In this document: positions 8,588 through 17,266 of the stretch, piece by piece
Layout of the letters: each line of letters starts with the position of its first letter
Position numbering within the stretch: the stretch's first letter is position 1
Source: a virus
Taxonomy: Duplodnaviria > Heunggongvirae > Uroviricota > Caudoviricetes
Reading direction: 5' to 3' (one strand)
IMG/VR virus record: IMGVR_UViG_2671180439_000005
DNA: 33,721 bases
Notes under the pieces: model-generated
What the model was told of the DNA's origin: nothing
The model's input: the letters and a program-made list of their open reading frames with translations, nothing else
Database searches by the model: none
Translations under genes and position numbers: made by a program

Positions 8588-9032
8588 CAGAAACTATCAT
8601 GATTGAAACATTAAATATACTGGGTTAATTCTTTCATCCTTGCTCCCTTGCTATATGTCCTGAAAGCGTCCTTTTTAGCCTTCTGCTCAGTATGTCCGGT
8701 AATGGCACGCAGCGGACATTGCTGGCTGAGTTGAGGGTCCGCTGTGAGCGAGGAGCGGAAGTTCAAAATTTTTCATAACGACTGATGAGAACAACACTAA
8801 TTTTCGAACTTACTGGTACAAAAAATTTCCATAATCTTATAAAAAGTGGGGGAGTCAGTATGGTTCAATATTTGAAATACTACTTGTTTATGTTGAGAAA
8901 ATTTTAAGCTTGACCTGGTTACCAGATTACAGCCGATCAACACCTAGACATCGAAACTTAGAGGTACCTCTGCTTTCAGGCATACTTAGAGGTCTATGTC
9001 TAAACCACCCGCTATGCAGGTGGTTGATTTAC

Positions 9033-10568
9033 CTAATTCGGCCTTGCTTGAATAGCAGACTCTATAGCTGCTCGGAATTCCGGGGCATCAGCTCTTAATC
9101 GATAATCATCAAGGGTATTGAATATTTCTAGAAGTTCTCTACGATAATGCGGCGGTGCTGAATTACCTTCGCCTCTAGTGGTGAAAATTAATAATGAGTC
9201 AGCGACGTCTTTTAATTTTTTATTCCTTTTCAATCTAATATAACAAGATACAACTATATCAAGAATATGTTTTCTAGATTTCAAGGTGAGTTTTTTATTA
9301 GGCATAACCAACTGCAGCATAGCACCAAGTAATTTGGTAGCCTCTTTTGAAATATAATGAAGATCGAAATTATCTATTTCTTTATTTTCTTGAGGAATCT
9401 CCTTTTCATCTATCCATTCGCATTGTTCTGCCCAATCTGTAGCGACGCTAAATAAATGACAGAGAAGGAAGTGAAAAGGTGTTTCCCATTCACCACTATA
9501 TTCATCCGATTGCCTATTCATATTCTTTATAATTTTCCTTGCAAAATATGAATAGTAATGCAACCATAAATGATACTGAAGACCCTGGTGAATACCTTCA
9601 TGAACCATAATTTCAAACAGCGTGACACCTGAGTAAATAGGACATTTATATTTTGAAGCATCGTAATAGGAACCTAAAGACTTATTAAGTGCAGCAATAA
9701 TTTTTTCATCTTCATCTAACCTCCAGTAGAGATAGTCACCGATATCACGGTATATTGCTAAATCAGCTGCAAACTTAGCATTGGAAAAGAAAAAATGTAA
9801 TATACGGTTGTTTTTTGGAATCAATAAACGATGTCCTCGACTAACGTTAAGATTATTTTTAAGCTCAACATATAGACGACTGTTAGGTGAACCAAGTAAT
9901 GCACTGATAAAATTAGAAGTAAAGTCAGAACGAACTATTGGCTCGATCTTGATTAACTCAAGGCAGAGGGATGGGTGCGCAAGTGCAAAGTGATTGGTAA
10001 GTTCAGGTGATGAGACAATATTTAACAATGCTTCATGTGCATGTTCAGCAGCTGTCTCGCGATTAGAGATGCGGAGATTGTTAGCTATCTTATCACAAAG
10101 TCGATTCTTCACAGGTCTATCAATTATTGATATTAATTTTTCTAGTTGAGGTGCCAACAATTGTGCCAGATCGTCGTATCGTTTAGTAAGGTGCAAATTT
10201 TCCACTAACTCTAGAAATATCCCTGTTCTTCCAATTGAGAGTTTAGGGTTTTTTAAGCGAAATAAAATGTAAATAGCAACTGCGAGTGATATCAGGTATA
10301 CGGCACTTGAACTATCTAATCCCCATTTCCAGGGGCCAAAGCTAAAATATAAGTCTAGTGATTTTAAAGCCGGTGCAAACACCAAATAATTGCTTAGTAA
10401 GAATGCAAACCCAACAATTACCCAATCCCACCACGCTAGGCAGAACCTTAAACGTAGTCGAGCGTTTGGCGTAATAAGGGCCCATACAGCAGCAATAACG
10501 CCCAATATGGTAAGTAGACTTGATGTATCAATTTTGGTTGGCGGTGTCATAATTTCTCTTGTAATCAT
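9033..10568 (-). CDS. Hypothetical membrane protein, 511 aa, three N-terminal TM helices plus large helical soluble domain (cargo)
   Basis: Track ORF with ATG start; hydrophobic segments at about aa 17-32, 42-64 and 86-103; about 35% GC; alternative start at Met7; no family recognised. Confidence 0.6.
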   Translation of the reverse strand: MITREIMTPPTKIDTSSLLTILGVIAAVWALITPNARLRLRFCLAWWDWVIVGFAFLLSNYLVFAPALKSLDLYFSFGPWKWGLDSSSAVYLISLAVAIYILFRLKNPKLSIGRTGIFLELVENLHLTKRYDDLAQLLAPQLEKLISIIDRPVKNRLCDKIANNLRISNRETAAEHAHEALLNIVSSPELTNHFALAHPSLCLELIKIEPIVRSDFTSNFISALLGSPNSRLYVELKNNLNVSRGHRLLIPKNNRILHFFFSNAKFAADLAIYRDIGDYLYWRLDEDEKIIAALNKSLGSYYDASKYKCPIYSGVTLFEIMVHEGIHQGLQYHLWLHYYSYFARKIIKNMNRQSDEYSGEWETPFHFLLCHLFSVATDWAEQCEWIDEKEIPQENKEIDNFDLHYISKEATKLLGAMLQLVMPNKKLTLKSRKHILDIVVSCYIRLKRNKKLKDVADSLLIFTTRGEGNSAPPHYRRELLEIFNTLDDYRLRADAPEFRAAIESAIQARPN

Positions 10569-10925
10569 TGTTTGATGTACATCGGAATGGTTTCAAATGA
10601 TAAGGCTCTGTGTATGATAAATCAGAACGTTATGCACGTTTAAGAATACCCTCAAAATGGCACATTTTAATCTAAAAATGGCATTAAATGGACACTACTT
10701 GTCCACACAAGTTTTTTTTCAGTCGGCTTTTCCCGACTAACGTTTGGGGTGTCCTATTGAAACTACGCTCCTTATAAAAGCAATACTGTAGCTGTATGTT
10801 TATCAAAGGGGTTGTGCTAACCAAATTACTGAAGCCTAAGGTCCGCTCTTGGCACAGAGCGGACTGTCAGATTAGGCTTTACTCTGTGCCATAGATATGT
10901 AATCTCACACCAGAGCTTATACAAC

Positions 10926-11453
10926 TTATTGCGGCATTTCCGGCCATTCAGGATTTGCAGGATCCACACGACTGACCAGAACGCTGTAGCGTTCCCAGAT
11001 CTCCAGCCGTGTGCGCTCCTCATCTGTTGCCATGTTCAGTCTGACCGCGCGCTCCAGCGGCAAAATCACGGATTCAGCATCTGCTAGAAGTCTGGCTTTC
11101 CGATTTTCTGCCTGCTGCTGCAATTCCTCCGCCGTATAAATTCGTTTAATCACTGTGCCGTCCTTAAACATCCAGTTCCCTGAAATGTCCGCCCGTCGGT
11201 TAGCGGTAATATCCGGCACTTCAACAACACTTAATCCATCTGGTCTGATAGCTGTCACATCCTTTTCCACATAGCGGATAATATTATCTTTGTCGTACGC
11301 TATTTTTATCGTGTCATCAGCAAAATACTTTTGTTCTTCGTACCAGTTCTTACCATCTTCTGAAAAAAACCAGACAACATCAAAACCCTTTGTCAATTGA
11401 TATTGTTCAACCGTTTTTGGATTACCCGCCGTAATATTTTTTAAATGCTGCAT
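10926..11453 (-). CDS. G: Tail fibre assembly protein gpG (175 aa)
   Basis: Track ORF; recognisable as P2 gpG; directly downstream of H. Confidence 0.8.
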   Translation of the reverse strand: MQHLKNITAGNPKTVEQYQLTKGFDVVWFFSEDGKNWYEEQKYFADDTIKIAYDKDNIIRYVEKDVTAIRPDGLSVVEVPDITANRRADISGNWMFKDGTVIKRIYTAEELQQQAENRKARLLADAESVILPLERAVRLNMATDEERTRLEIWERYSVLVSRVDPANPEWPEMPQ

Positions 11454-11456
11454 AAA

Positions 11457-13586
11457 TTATACCTGTGCCACGTTATACCATGTCCCGTTAATGTATTTCT
11501 GAACCGGTCTGTAATATACGCCACCAATGTTATCGGCAGAGTTTGAGCCGGTATCCTGAACAATAATGCCGGAATATATACACCCGGACGGTGCCTGATG
11601 TGTCCATGTCATGCCATTGTTCGCAGGTTTGTATGTGGCAGCACCACCAAGCCGGATATCCCGGACATAGCGGGAATCAAAGTTACCGTAATCTGTGGGA
11701 TTAACACGCCCCGTAATATTTATGGTTTTATTACTTTGAATGCTACCGGAGACAAAGCGCATAACATGGACGTTATTAGCATAAACATCCAGATTACCGT
11801 CGCCATTTTGTTTAAAGCCCGTGTCATTATCACCCAAAACAATCGAGTTACCGCCAAGAGCACTGGATGTACCGATGCCCAGTGCACCATTCAATTGACC
11901 TCCAGATAATGATAACGCCCCAACATCAGCAGCAGTCGGTTTAATGTGCGAACTGTAAATTACATATACAGTTCCATCTGTCAGGCCTGTTGGTTTATTC
12001 GCTGTATAAGTTGGTGATGTATGAATCGTTACGCTGGCGTTACTGGTATAATCCCACTGAATATTAACACCTGTGGCGTAATTACCTATTTCAACATAAA
12101 CATCATAGGTATCACCGGATGTATTCACCCATGCAAAATTAGTAAATCCAACCGATGTCCGTCGCCATAACGCACCAGTAAGACCTTTTGGATTTCTATT
12201 CCCCGCACGAAGAACAAGTTCAGATATACCAGCCTGCATAGGGGAGTTAACATTATATCCGGCACCACCAATCAGACTTATGTAAACCACGGAACTGGCC
12301 TGTGGCATGGTTACAGTTGCCAGCCTGAACCATCCTGTACCACCACTAAAAGACATGGTTGTTGAATTTGTTGCTCCAATATTGCGCAGGAATAATCTTT
12401 TATCAGGAATATCCGCGCCATTTTGATCTTTCTGAAGACGTTTTTCAGCATTGTCATAGGCAGACTTCACCGCTTTTGGTGTTGCGGCCAGCGTTTCCGA
12501 ATCACTGTTGGTGGCGCTACTGAGCTGAACAAGCCCTTTTCGCGCTGTGGTGGCATCCTGTGCAGTGTATTTCCCGTTAGCAAGGTCATACGCGACCTTT
12601 ACCGCCTTTGGCGTTGCCGCAAGCGTTTCAGAATCACTGTTGGTGGCGCTACTGAGCTGGACAAGGCCTTTTCTCGCTGTGGTGGCGTCCTGTGCAGTGT
12701 ATTTCCCGTTAGCAAGGTCATACGCGACCTTTACCGCCTTTGGCGTTGCGGCCAGCGTTTCAGAATCGCTGTTGGTGGCGCTACTGAGCTGAACAAGGCC
12801 TTTTCGCGCTGTGGTGGCGTCCTGTGCGGTATATTTCCCGTTAGCAAGGTCATATGCTGCTTTTACCGCTTTTGGTGTTGCAGCGAGCGTTTCAGACGTG
12901 CTGTTGGTGGCGCTACTGAGCTGGACAAGGCCTTTTCGTGCTGTGGTGGCGTCCTGTGCGGTATATTTCCCGTTAGCAAGGTCATATGCGGCCTTTACCG
13001 CCTTTGGCGTTGCAGCCAGTGTTTCAGACGTGCTGTTGGTCGCACTGCTTAACTGAGTAAAACCTTTTGCGGTCAGCGAGGCGTCCGGGTGACGTCGTGA
13101 CTGTTCATGTTCTGCAATTTTGTCATCAACGTAATCCTGCGTCGCCATCACCGTTGTGGTGTCAATGGTCAGCGCCACTGAGGTCACACTGCTGACGATG
13201 ATGACCATACGGCAGGTCTGCGAACGCCCTGAGCCTTCGGCAAGAGCTGGCTTATAACTTTCGGCCATGTTCGCCACAGCAATTAACGTTCCCGCATCAT
13301 CGTACAGGCCAAGCTCACGCATCCAGAAACCGCCCACCTCCGGCGGAATAACCAGCTCTGCGATAATATAATTACTGTTTCGTTTGTCCTGGCTGATTTT
13401 GTTCAGCGCATGTCGCCAGACTTCGTGGATAAGCCCGGTCTGTCCGGCATCCGGGACAGGCAATTTACCACCGCCATCCCCGACGGCCATCGTGGTAATG
13501 TTGACCTTCCGCCCTCCCGGTGCGGTTGCCGCTGCCAGCTTTGCTGCACCGGCAGTGGTGATAACGGTTCTGAATTTTGTGCTCAT
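11457..13586 (-). CDS. H: Tail fibre protein gpH (709 aa) with internal tandem fibre repeats
   Basis: Track ORF; N-terminus matches P2 H; five copies of a 44-aa repeat KGLVQLSSATNS(T/D)SETLAATPKAVKxAYDLANGKYTAQDATTAR. Confidence 0.85.
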   Translation of the reverse strand: MSTKFRTVITTAGAAKLAAATAPGGRKVNITTMAVGDGGGKLPVPDAGQTGLIHEVWRHALNKISQDKRNSNYIIAELVIPPEVGGFWMRELGLYDDAGTLIAVANMAESYKPALAEGSGRSQTCRMVIIVSSVTSVALTIDTTTVMATQDYVDDKIAEHEQSRRHPDASLTAKGFTQLSSATNSTSETLAATPKAVKAAYDLANGKYTAQDATTARKGLVQLSSATNSTSETLAATPKAVKAAYDLANGKYTAQDATTARKGLVQLSSATNSDSETLAATPKAVKVAYDLANGKYTAQDATTARKGLVQLSSATNSDSETLAATPKAVKVAYDLANGKYTAQDATTARKGLVQLSSATNSDSETLAATPKAVKSAYDNAEKRLQKDQNGADIPDKRLFLRNIGATNSTTMSFSGGTGWFRLATVTMPQASSVVYISLIGGAGYNVNSPMQAGISELVLRAGNRNPKGLTGALWRRTSVGFTNFAWVNTSGDTYDVYVEIGNYATGVNIQWDYTSNASVTIHTSPTYTANKPTGLTDGTVYVIYSSHIKPTAADVGALSLSGGQLNGALGIGTSSALGGNSIVLGDNDTGFKQNGDGNLDVYANNVHVMRFVSGSIQSNKTINITGRVNPTDYGNFDSRYVRDIRLGGAATYKPANNGMTWTHQAPSGCIYSGIIVQDTGSNSADNIGGVYYRPVQKYINGTWYNVAQV
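12456..13067 (-). repeat. In-frame tandem repeat, 132-bp unit, about 4.6 copies, inside tail fibre gene H
   Basis: Near-identical 132-nt units visible in the DNA; plus-strand track ORFs 12547..12792 and 12811..13056 are mirror artefacts of the repeat. Confidence 0.8.
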
Positions 13587-13596
13587 TATTCCTCAC

Positions 13597-14127
13597 TTAT
13601 CCGGGGTAAACCGTAATTACATCGCCGTCGTAAGCCACACCACCGGCGAACAGGTAGCCGGGAATGTCCCGGGTAATGTTCAGGCCAATAAGGTGGCGGC
13701 TTGCAGGTTTGGCATCAGCAATCAGCCGTTCCATTTCCTGATACATTGCCTCTGTGATGCCGCTTTCCAGTACACCAATATCAAGCCGGAAGGTGCCGGG
13801 CGGGTCACTGTTTTCCCACCACTCAGTCACGTTGATGAGATAGCCGAGCGGCTCCACCACACGCCGGATTGCACCTATTGTGCCTTTATGACAGTGGATG
13901 AAATACGCATCGCGGATAACGGCGCGTTTTGTCGCTTCCGGCCACTTTTCATCCCACCTGTCGACCGAAAACGCCCACGCCAGCCACGGCAGCAGATTTG
14001 CCGGACAGGTGTCCGGGTTCCACAGCTCACGAATACTGACCGGCGTTTTTTCAATTTCCGCACAGGCTTTTGCGGCGGCGACCTCAAGCGGTGATGAGCC
14101 GGTCGGCAGCAGTCGCGAATCACTCAT
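13597..14127 (-). CDS. I: Baseplate assembly protein gpI (176 aa)
   Basis: Track ORF; position and length as in P2. Confidence 0.8.
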   Translation of the reverse strand: MSDSRLLPTGSSPLEVAAAKACAEIEKTPVSIRELWNPDTCPANLLPWLAWAFSVDRWDEKWPEATKRAVIRDAYFIHCHKGTIGAIRRVVEPLGYLINVTEWWENSDPPGTFRLDIGVLESGITEAMYQEMERLIADAKPASRHLIGLNITRDIPGYLFAGGVAYDGDVITVYPG

Positions 14128-15028
14128 CCGAGCCTCCGGTCACGACGCGGTATTCGGTACAGAAAGACGCCTGCGTACTGTTAAGTACAATGTCGGCCAG
14201 CGGTGCAGCCAGCTCGACACGCTGCACGCCTTCCACATGCAAAGCGGCATAAATGGCAGACAGACGGATGTCGCGCCCCAGCCGGTGCTGTGCCGTGATA
14301 TACGCTTCCAGTTTTTTCACGGCGGCAGCGCGGATGGGTTCGCTTTCGGGACCAGGGTAAAGGTAAAGCGTGGCGTTTATCTGGTATTCAACGATGGCGG
14401 CAGACTGCACGGTCACGCGGTCGGCCACCGGCCTGACGTCCTCGCCATTAAGGGCGTTACGCACCACAGCCAGCAGGTCTTCGGATGCGACGCCGTTATT
14501 TTCACGTGACAGCACAGAGATAGTGACGCAGGCCGGAGACGGACTGGTGACAGAGATATCCGCGACACGCCCGTCGGCACTGCGGCCATGATACTGATAG
14601 GCACCCACCGACCCGGCGACGCTTAAACCTTCAAACGCCTGCTGAATACGCAGCCGATAATCGGTGTCAGATTCCATCACTGCCGGTGTCGGCGGAATGG
14701 TCGAATCATCTGCCGGGGTGATAGTCAGGCGCGTGGTGTTGTAATTGGCACCAATCACATCAAGGTCATTACCGGCGGCACAGGCCAGCATCACCGCCCG
14801 TGCGGCCTCATTCACACGCTGACGCCAGATAAGCTCACGATAAGCATTTTCCTCCAGCAGTTTGACGAGAGGCTCAGATTCCAGCGTCAGGGTACGGGCG
14901 ACCGCCTCCTGCTGGTCTTCCGGGTAAAGGGAAATCAGTGTCGCCTTGCGTTCAGCGAGAATGGTTTCAAAGTCCAGCTCCTCGACCACATCCGGTGCGG
15001 GTAGCTGGTTCAGGTCGATAATCGGCAT
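14120..15028 (-). CDS. J: Baseplate protein gpJ (302 aa)
   Basis: Track ORF; position and length as in P2. Confidence 0.85.
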   Translation of the reverse strand: MPIIDLNQLPAPDVVEELDFETILAERKATLISLYPEDQQEAVARTLTLESEPLVKLLEENAYRELIWRQRVNEAARAVMLACAAGNDLDVIGANYNTTRLTITPADDSTIPPTPAVMESDTDYRLRIQQAFEGLSVAGSVGAYQYHGRSADGRVADISVTSPSPACVTISVLSRENNGVASEDLLAVVRNALNGEDVRPVADRVTVQSAAIVEYQINATLYLYPGPESEPIRAAAVKKLEAYITAQHRLGRDIRLSAIYAALHVEGVQRVELAAPLADIVLNSTQASFCTEYRVVTGGSDE

Positions 15029-15032
15029 GGTT

Positions 15033-15380
15033 TCAACTCACAGGGATGGTTAACGAAAGTGGCTGGCCGGTGTCGTTGTGCTGGCCGGTTAACGTGACCG
15101 TCATTCGCCCGTCAAAACTGCGCGCCGTAGTGACGGATGACAGGGTGACGCGGGGTTCCCATTTCAGCACCGCCATGTAACAGGCGACCTTAATCTGCAA
15201 CTCAAGCGCCTGGGTCTGCGGCTGGTCAATCATTGATGCCAGCAACGAGCCGTAATCACGACGCATCACCCGTGAGCCGACCGGTGTGCGCAGGATATCG
15301 CCGATACTCTGGCTGATATGCTCAAGGTCAGTGACAGTCAGGCCATCACTGCGATTCATTCCGAGATAACGTGCTGTCAT
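15033..15380 (-). CDS. W: Baseplate wedge protein gpW (115 aa)
   Basis: Track ORF; start overlaps V stop (ATGA). Confidence 0.8.
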   Translation of the reverse strand: MTARYLGMNRSDGLTVTDLEHISQSIGDILRTPVGSRVMRRDYGSLLASMIDQPQTQALELQIKVACYMAVLKWEPRVTLSSVTTARSFDGRMTVTLTGQHNDTGQPLSLTIPVS

Positions 15381-16012
15381 AGAGGACTCCCGGTTGTGCC
15401 GCCGCTGTCTCCTGGGTGTTTGTGGGTATGCAGTACCTTACCGTTTGATGAGAGTTCACCGCCGGTGTGTTCAATGTTGCCGCGCATCGTCCCGCCCTTC
15501 TGCACTTCCAGCGTGCCGGTAATCAGCCTGTTGGTGCAGACCACCTCCGGTGTGTCCAGGGTGACGCGGGTTGATGCTTTCACCATGACCACCGGCACCG
15601 TGGCAGTAACAGAATCAGAAGCCGTCACGCTGACCGTTTTAATTCCGCTTACCGTGAGTGCACTGGTTTCGGGTTCATATTCAATCACCGCCCCGTCAGG
15701 GAAACGGATATGCAGGGCATCCGCCGACGCAGACGGCGCGGGGTTATCGCCGGAATAAATCCCCGGCAGAACGAACGCCGTGTCGAGTTCACCGCCCACG
15801 GCCAGAATCAGCACCTGTTCCCCCACGGAAGGTGCCCACCATGTGCGCGAACGTCCTGCGCGATGGGTCAGCCACTGAAGCCAGTCGGTGCACATGCCGC
15901 CGGTCTGCACACGGCAGCGACCGGCGTTAAGGTCGGTTTCGACGATAATGCCGGTGCGGATCATGTTGCGCAGTGCGCGCGCGAGTTCCTGGATATTTGC
16001 GAGTGTTTTCAT
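15377..16012 (-). CDS. V: Baseplate spike/hub protein gpV (211 aa from internal ATG)
   Basis: Track ORF 15377..16048 starts at TTG; Met13 (MKTLANIQELARALRNMIRTG...) gives the P2 gpV length of 211 aa. Confidence 0.8.
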   Translation of the reverse strand: MKTLANIQELARALRNMIRTGIIVETDLNAGRCRVQTGGMCTDWLQWLTHRAGRSRTWWAPSVGEQVLILAVGGELDTAFVLPGIYSGDNPAPSASADALHIRFPDGAVIEYEPETSALTVSGIKTVSVTASDSVTATVPVVMVKASTRVTLDTPEVVCTNRLITGTLEVQKGGTMRGNIEHTGGELSSNGKVLHTHKHPGDSGGTTGSPL

Positions 16013-16069
16013 AAGATCTAGCATGCTGCTGAGAACTGATGAGAACAATAAAAGAGTGTTTTTCTAAGG

Positions 16070-16102
16070 TTGACACAACACTCCATTTGAAGTGAATATA
16101 AT
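16070..16102 (+). promoter_or_regulatory. Candidate sigma70-type promoter for the RelA/SpoT cargo gene
   Basis: Perfect TTGACA (16070-16075) and TATAAT (16097-16102) hexamers, but with a 21-nt spacer, so the real -35 may be different. Confidence 0.3.
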
Positions 16103-16145
16103 GATTACTTAACTGGCAAAAAAACATCCTCACTAATTGGAGCCA

Positions 16146-17237
16146 ATGGATACACGCATGTCAGACATTCTAATTACTTATGATGAACGGAAAGATAAAT
16201 TTGAGTCCTATGCCCTTACTCTTAAATCGTTATTAACCACGTTAATTCGCAATGAAAAAATTTCAATTCACTCACTTGAATCAAGAGTTAAAACAAAAAA
16301 AAGCCTTGAAGGTAAGATTAATAAAAAGGGAAAATACAAGTCTATAGATGATATTACTGATATCGTTGGTATCAGGATCATCACACATTATGCTGATGAT
16401 GTTGATAAGATAGCTGCTATAGTTGAAAAGGAGTTCACCATTGACCAAGAGAACTCTATTGATAAAAGAACCTCAATTGCGCCTGATAAATTTGGTTACC
16501 TATCACTTCATTATATAGTAACTTTAAACTCAACCAGAACAAACTTAAAAGAATATGAAGTATATAAAAACATCAAAGCCGAATTACAAATACGATCAAT
16601 CCTTCAGCATGCCTGGGCGGAGATTGAACACGACATTGGTTATAAGTCGGCCACAGGACTGCCTAATGAAATAAGAAGATACTTTTCACGCTTAGCTGGT
16701 CTTTTAGAAATGGCCGATGATGAATTTATTAAAATCAGAAAAAAGATTTCTGAACGGCAGAAAGAGGTTGCAAAAGAACTAGAGCAAGGAACTAGTGATT
16801 CAGTTTTAGATATTTTCACTTTGGATGAATTCTTAAACACAAGTCGAGTTATGAGTGAACTTTCAGAAGAGATAAAAGAAAAAACAGGAATCACAGTACA
16901 TGGCCGATACAAGGATAAAGATTTGGGATACCTACTAAATGGTTTAAACCTAGCCAACATAACTACAATAGAACAACTCAATCAAAAACTCTCACAAATG
17001 AAAAAGCAGATAGTAGATAGAATATTCTGCTTCGGAGAACCATTTATTAATTATTACAGAGAAACCACCATGCCAAAAGAAGCTCTTTTGAGTTATTTAT
17101 GTCAAATTATCGTTGCGTTTCAAAACTCACCTTCGTTAGAATCTGAATTTAATAACAAAGCAGGTTTAAATCTGAAAAACAGAGATATCTCCGATTTTTT
17201 CTCGAATATAAGAGAAAACATAAGCACACAACCTTAG
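16146..17237 (+). CDS. Fused toxic small alarmone synthetase-like protein (RelA/SpoT nucleotidyltransferase N-domain plus C-terminal regulatory domain), CapRel-like (cargo)
   Basis: Synthetase motifs SRVKTKKSLEGK, DITDIVGIRIITHY, YLSLHYIV, ELQIRSILQHAWAEIEHDIGYK; about 363 aa from ATG 16146 (track ORF starts at TTG 16137); AT-rich, opposite strand to flanking late genes. Confidence 0.7.
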   Translation: MDTRMSDILITYDERKDKFESYALTLKSLLTTLIRNEKISIHSLESRVKTKKSLEGKINKKGKYKSIDDITDIVGIRIITHYADDVDKIAAIVEKEFTIDQENSIDKRTSIAPDKFGYLSLHYIVTLNSTRTNLKEYEVYKNIKAELQIRSILQHAWAEIEHDIGYKSATGLPNEIRRYFSRLAGLLEMADDEFIKIRKKISERQKEVAKELEQGTSDSVLDIFTLDEFLNTSRVMSELSEEIKEKTGITVHGRYKDKDLGYLLNGLNLANITTIEQLNQKLSQMKKQIVDRIFCFGEPFINYYRETTMPKEALLSYLCQIIVAFQNSPSLESEFNNKAGLNLKNRDISDFFSNIRENISTQP

Positions 17238-17266
17238 CTTTAGTTTTAACGTATTCTAACAGAAGA

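Noticed and set aside
8910-9098. ORF 8910..9098 (+) of 62 aa
   Set aside because: It lies across the palindrome-rich noncoding region and overlaps the 3' end of the 511-aa gene on the other strand; no RBS.
10826-11023. ORF 10826..11023 (-) of 65 aa overlapping the 3' end of G
   Set aside because: It overlaps the G coding sequence out of frame and runs into the hairpin region; no support as a gene.
12547-13056. Plus-strand ORFs 12547..12792 and 12811..13056 (81 aa each, near-identical) and ORF 12423..13052
   Set aside because: They are antisense mirror images of the in-frame tandem repeat in tail fibre gene H, not independent genes. The periodic repeats have no spacers and are coding, so this is not a CRISPR array.
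16013-16048. N-terminal extensions given by the ORF track for V, A, the DUF4238 gene, cox and several small early ORFs
   Set aside because: The track's first codon in these cases is TTG or GTG. An internal ATG with a Shine-Dalgarno sequence gives the product length of the P2 homologue, so the upstream extension is treated as read-through of non-coding leader.
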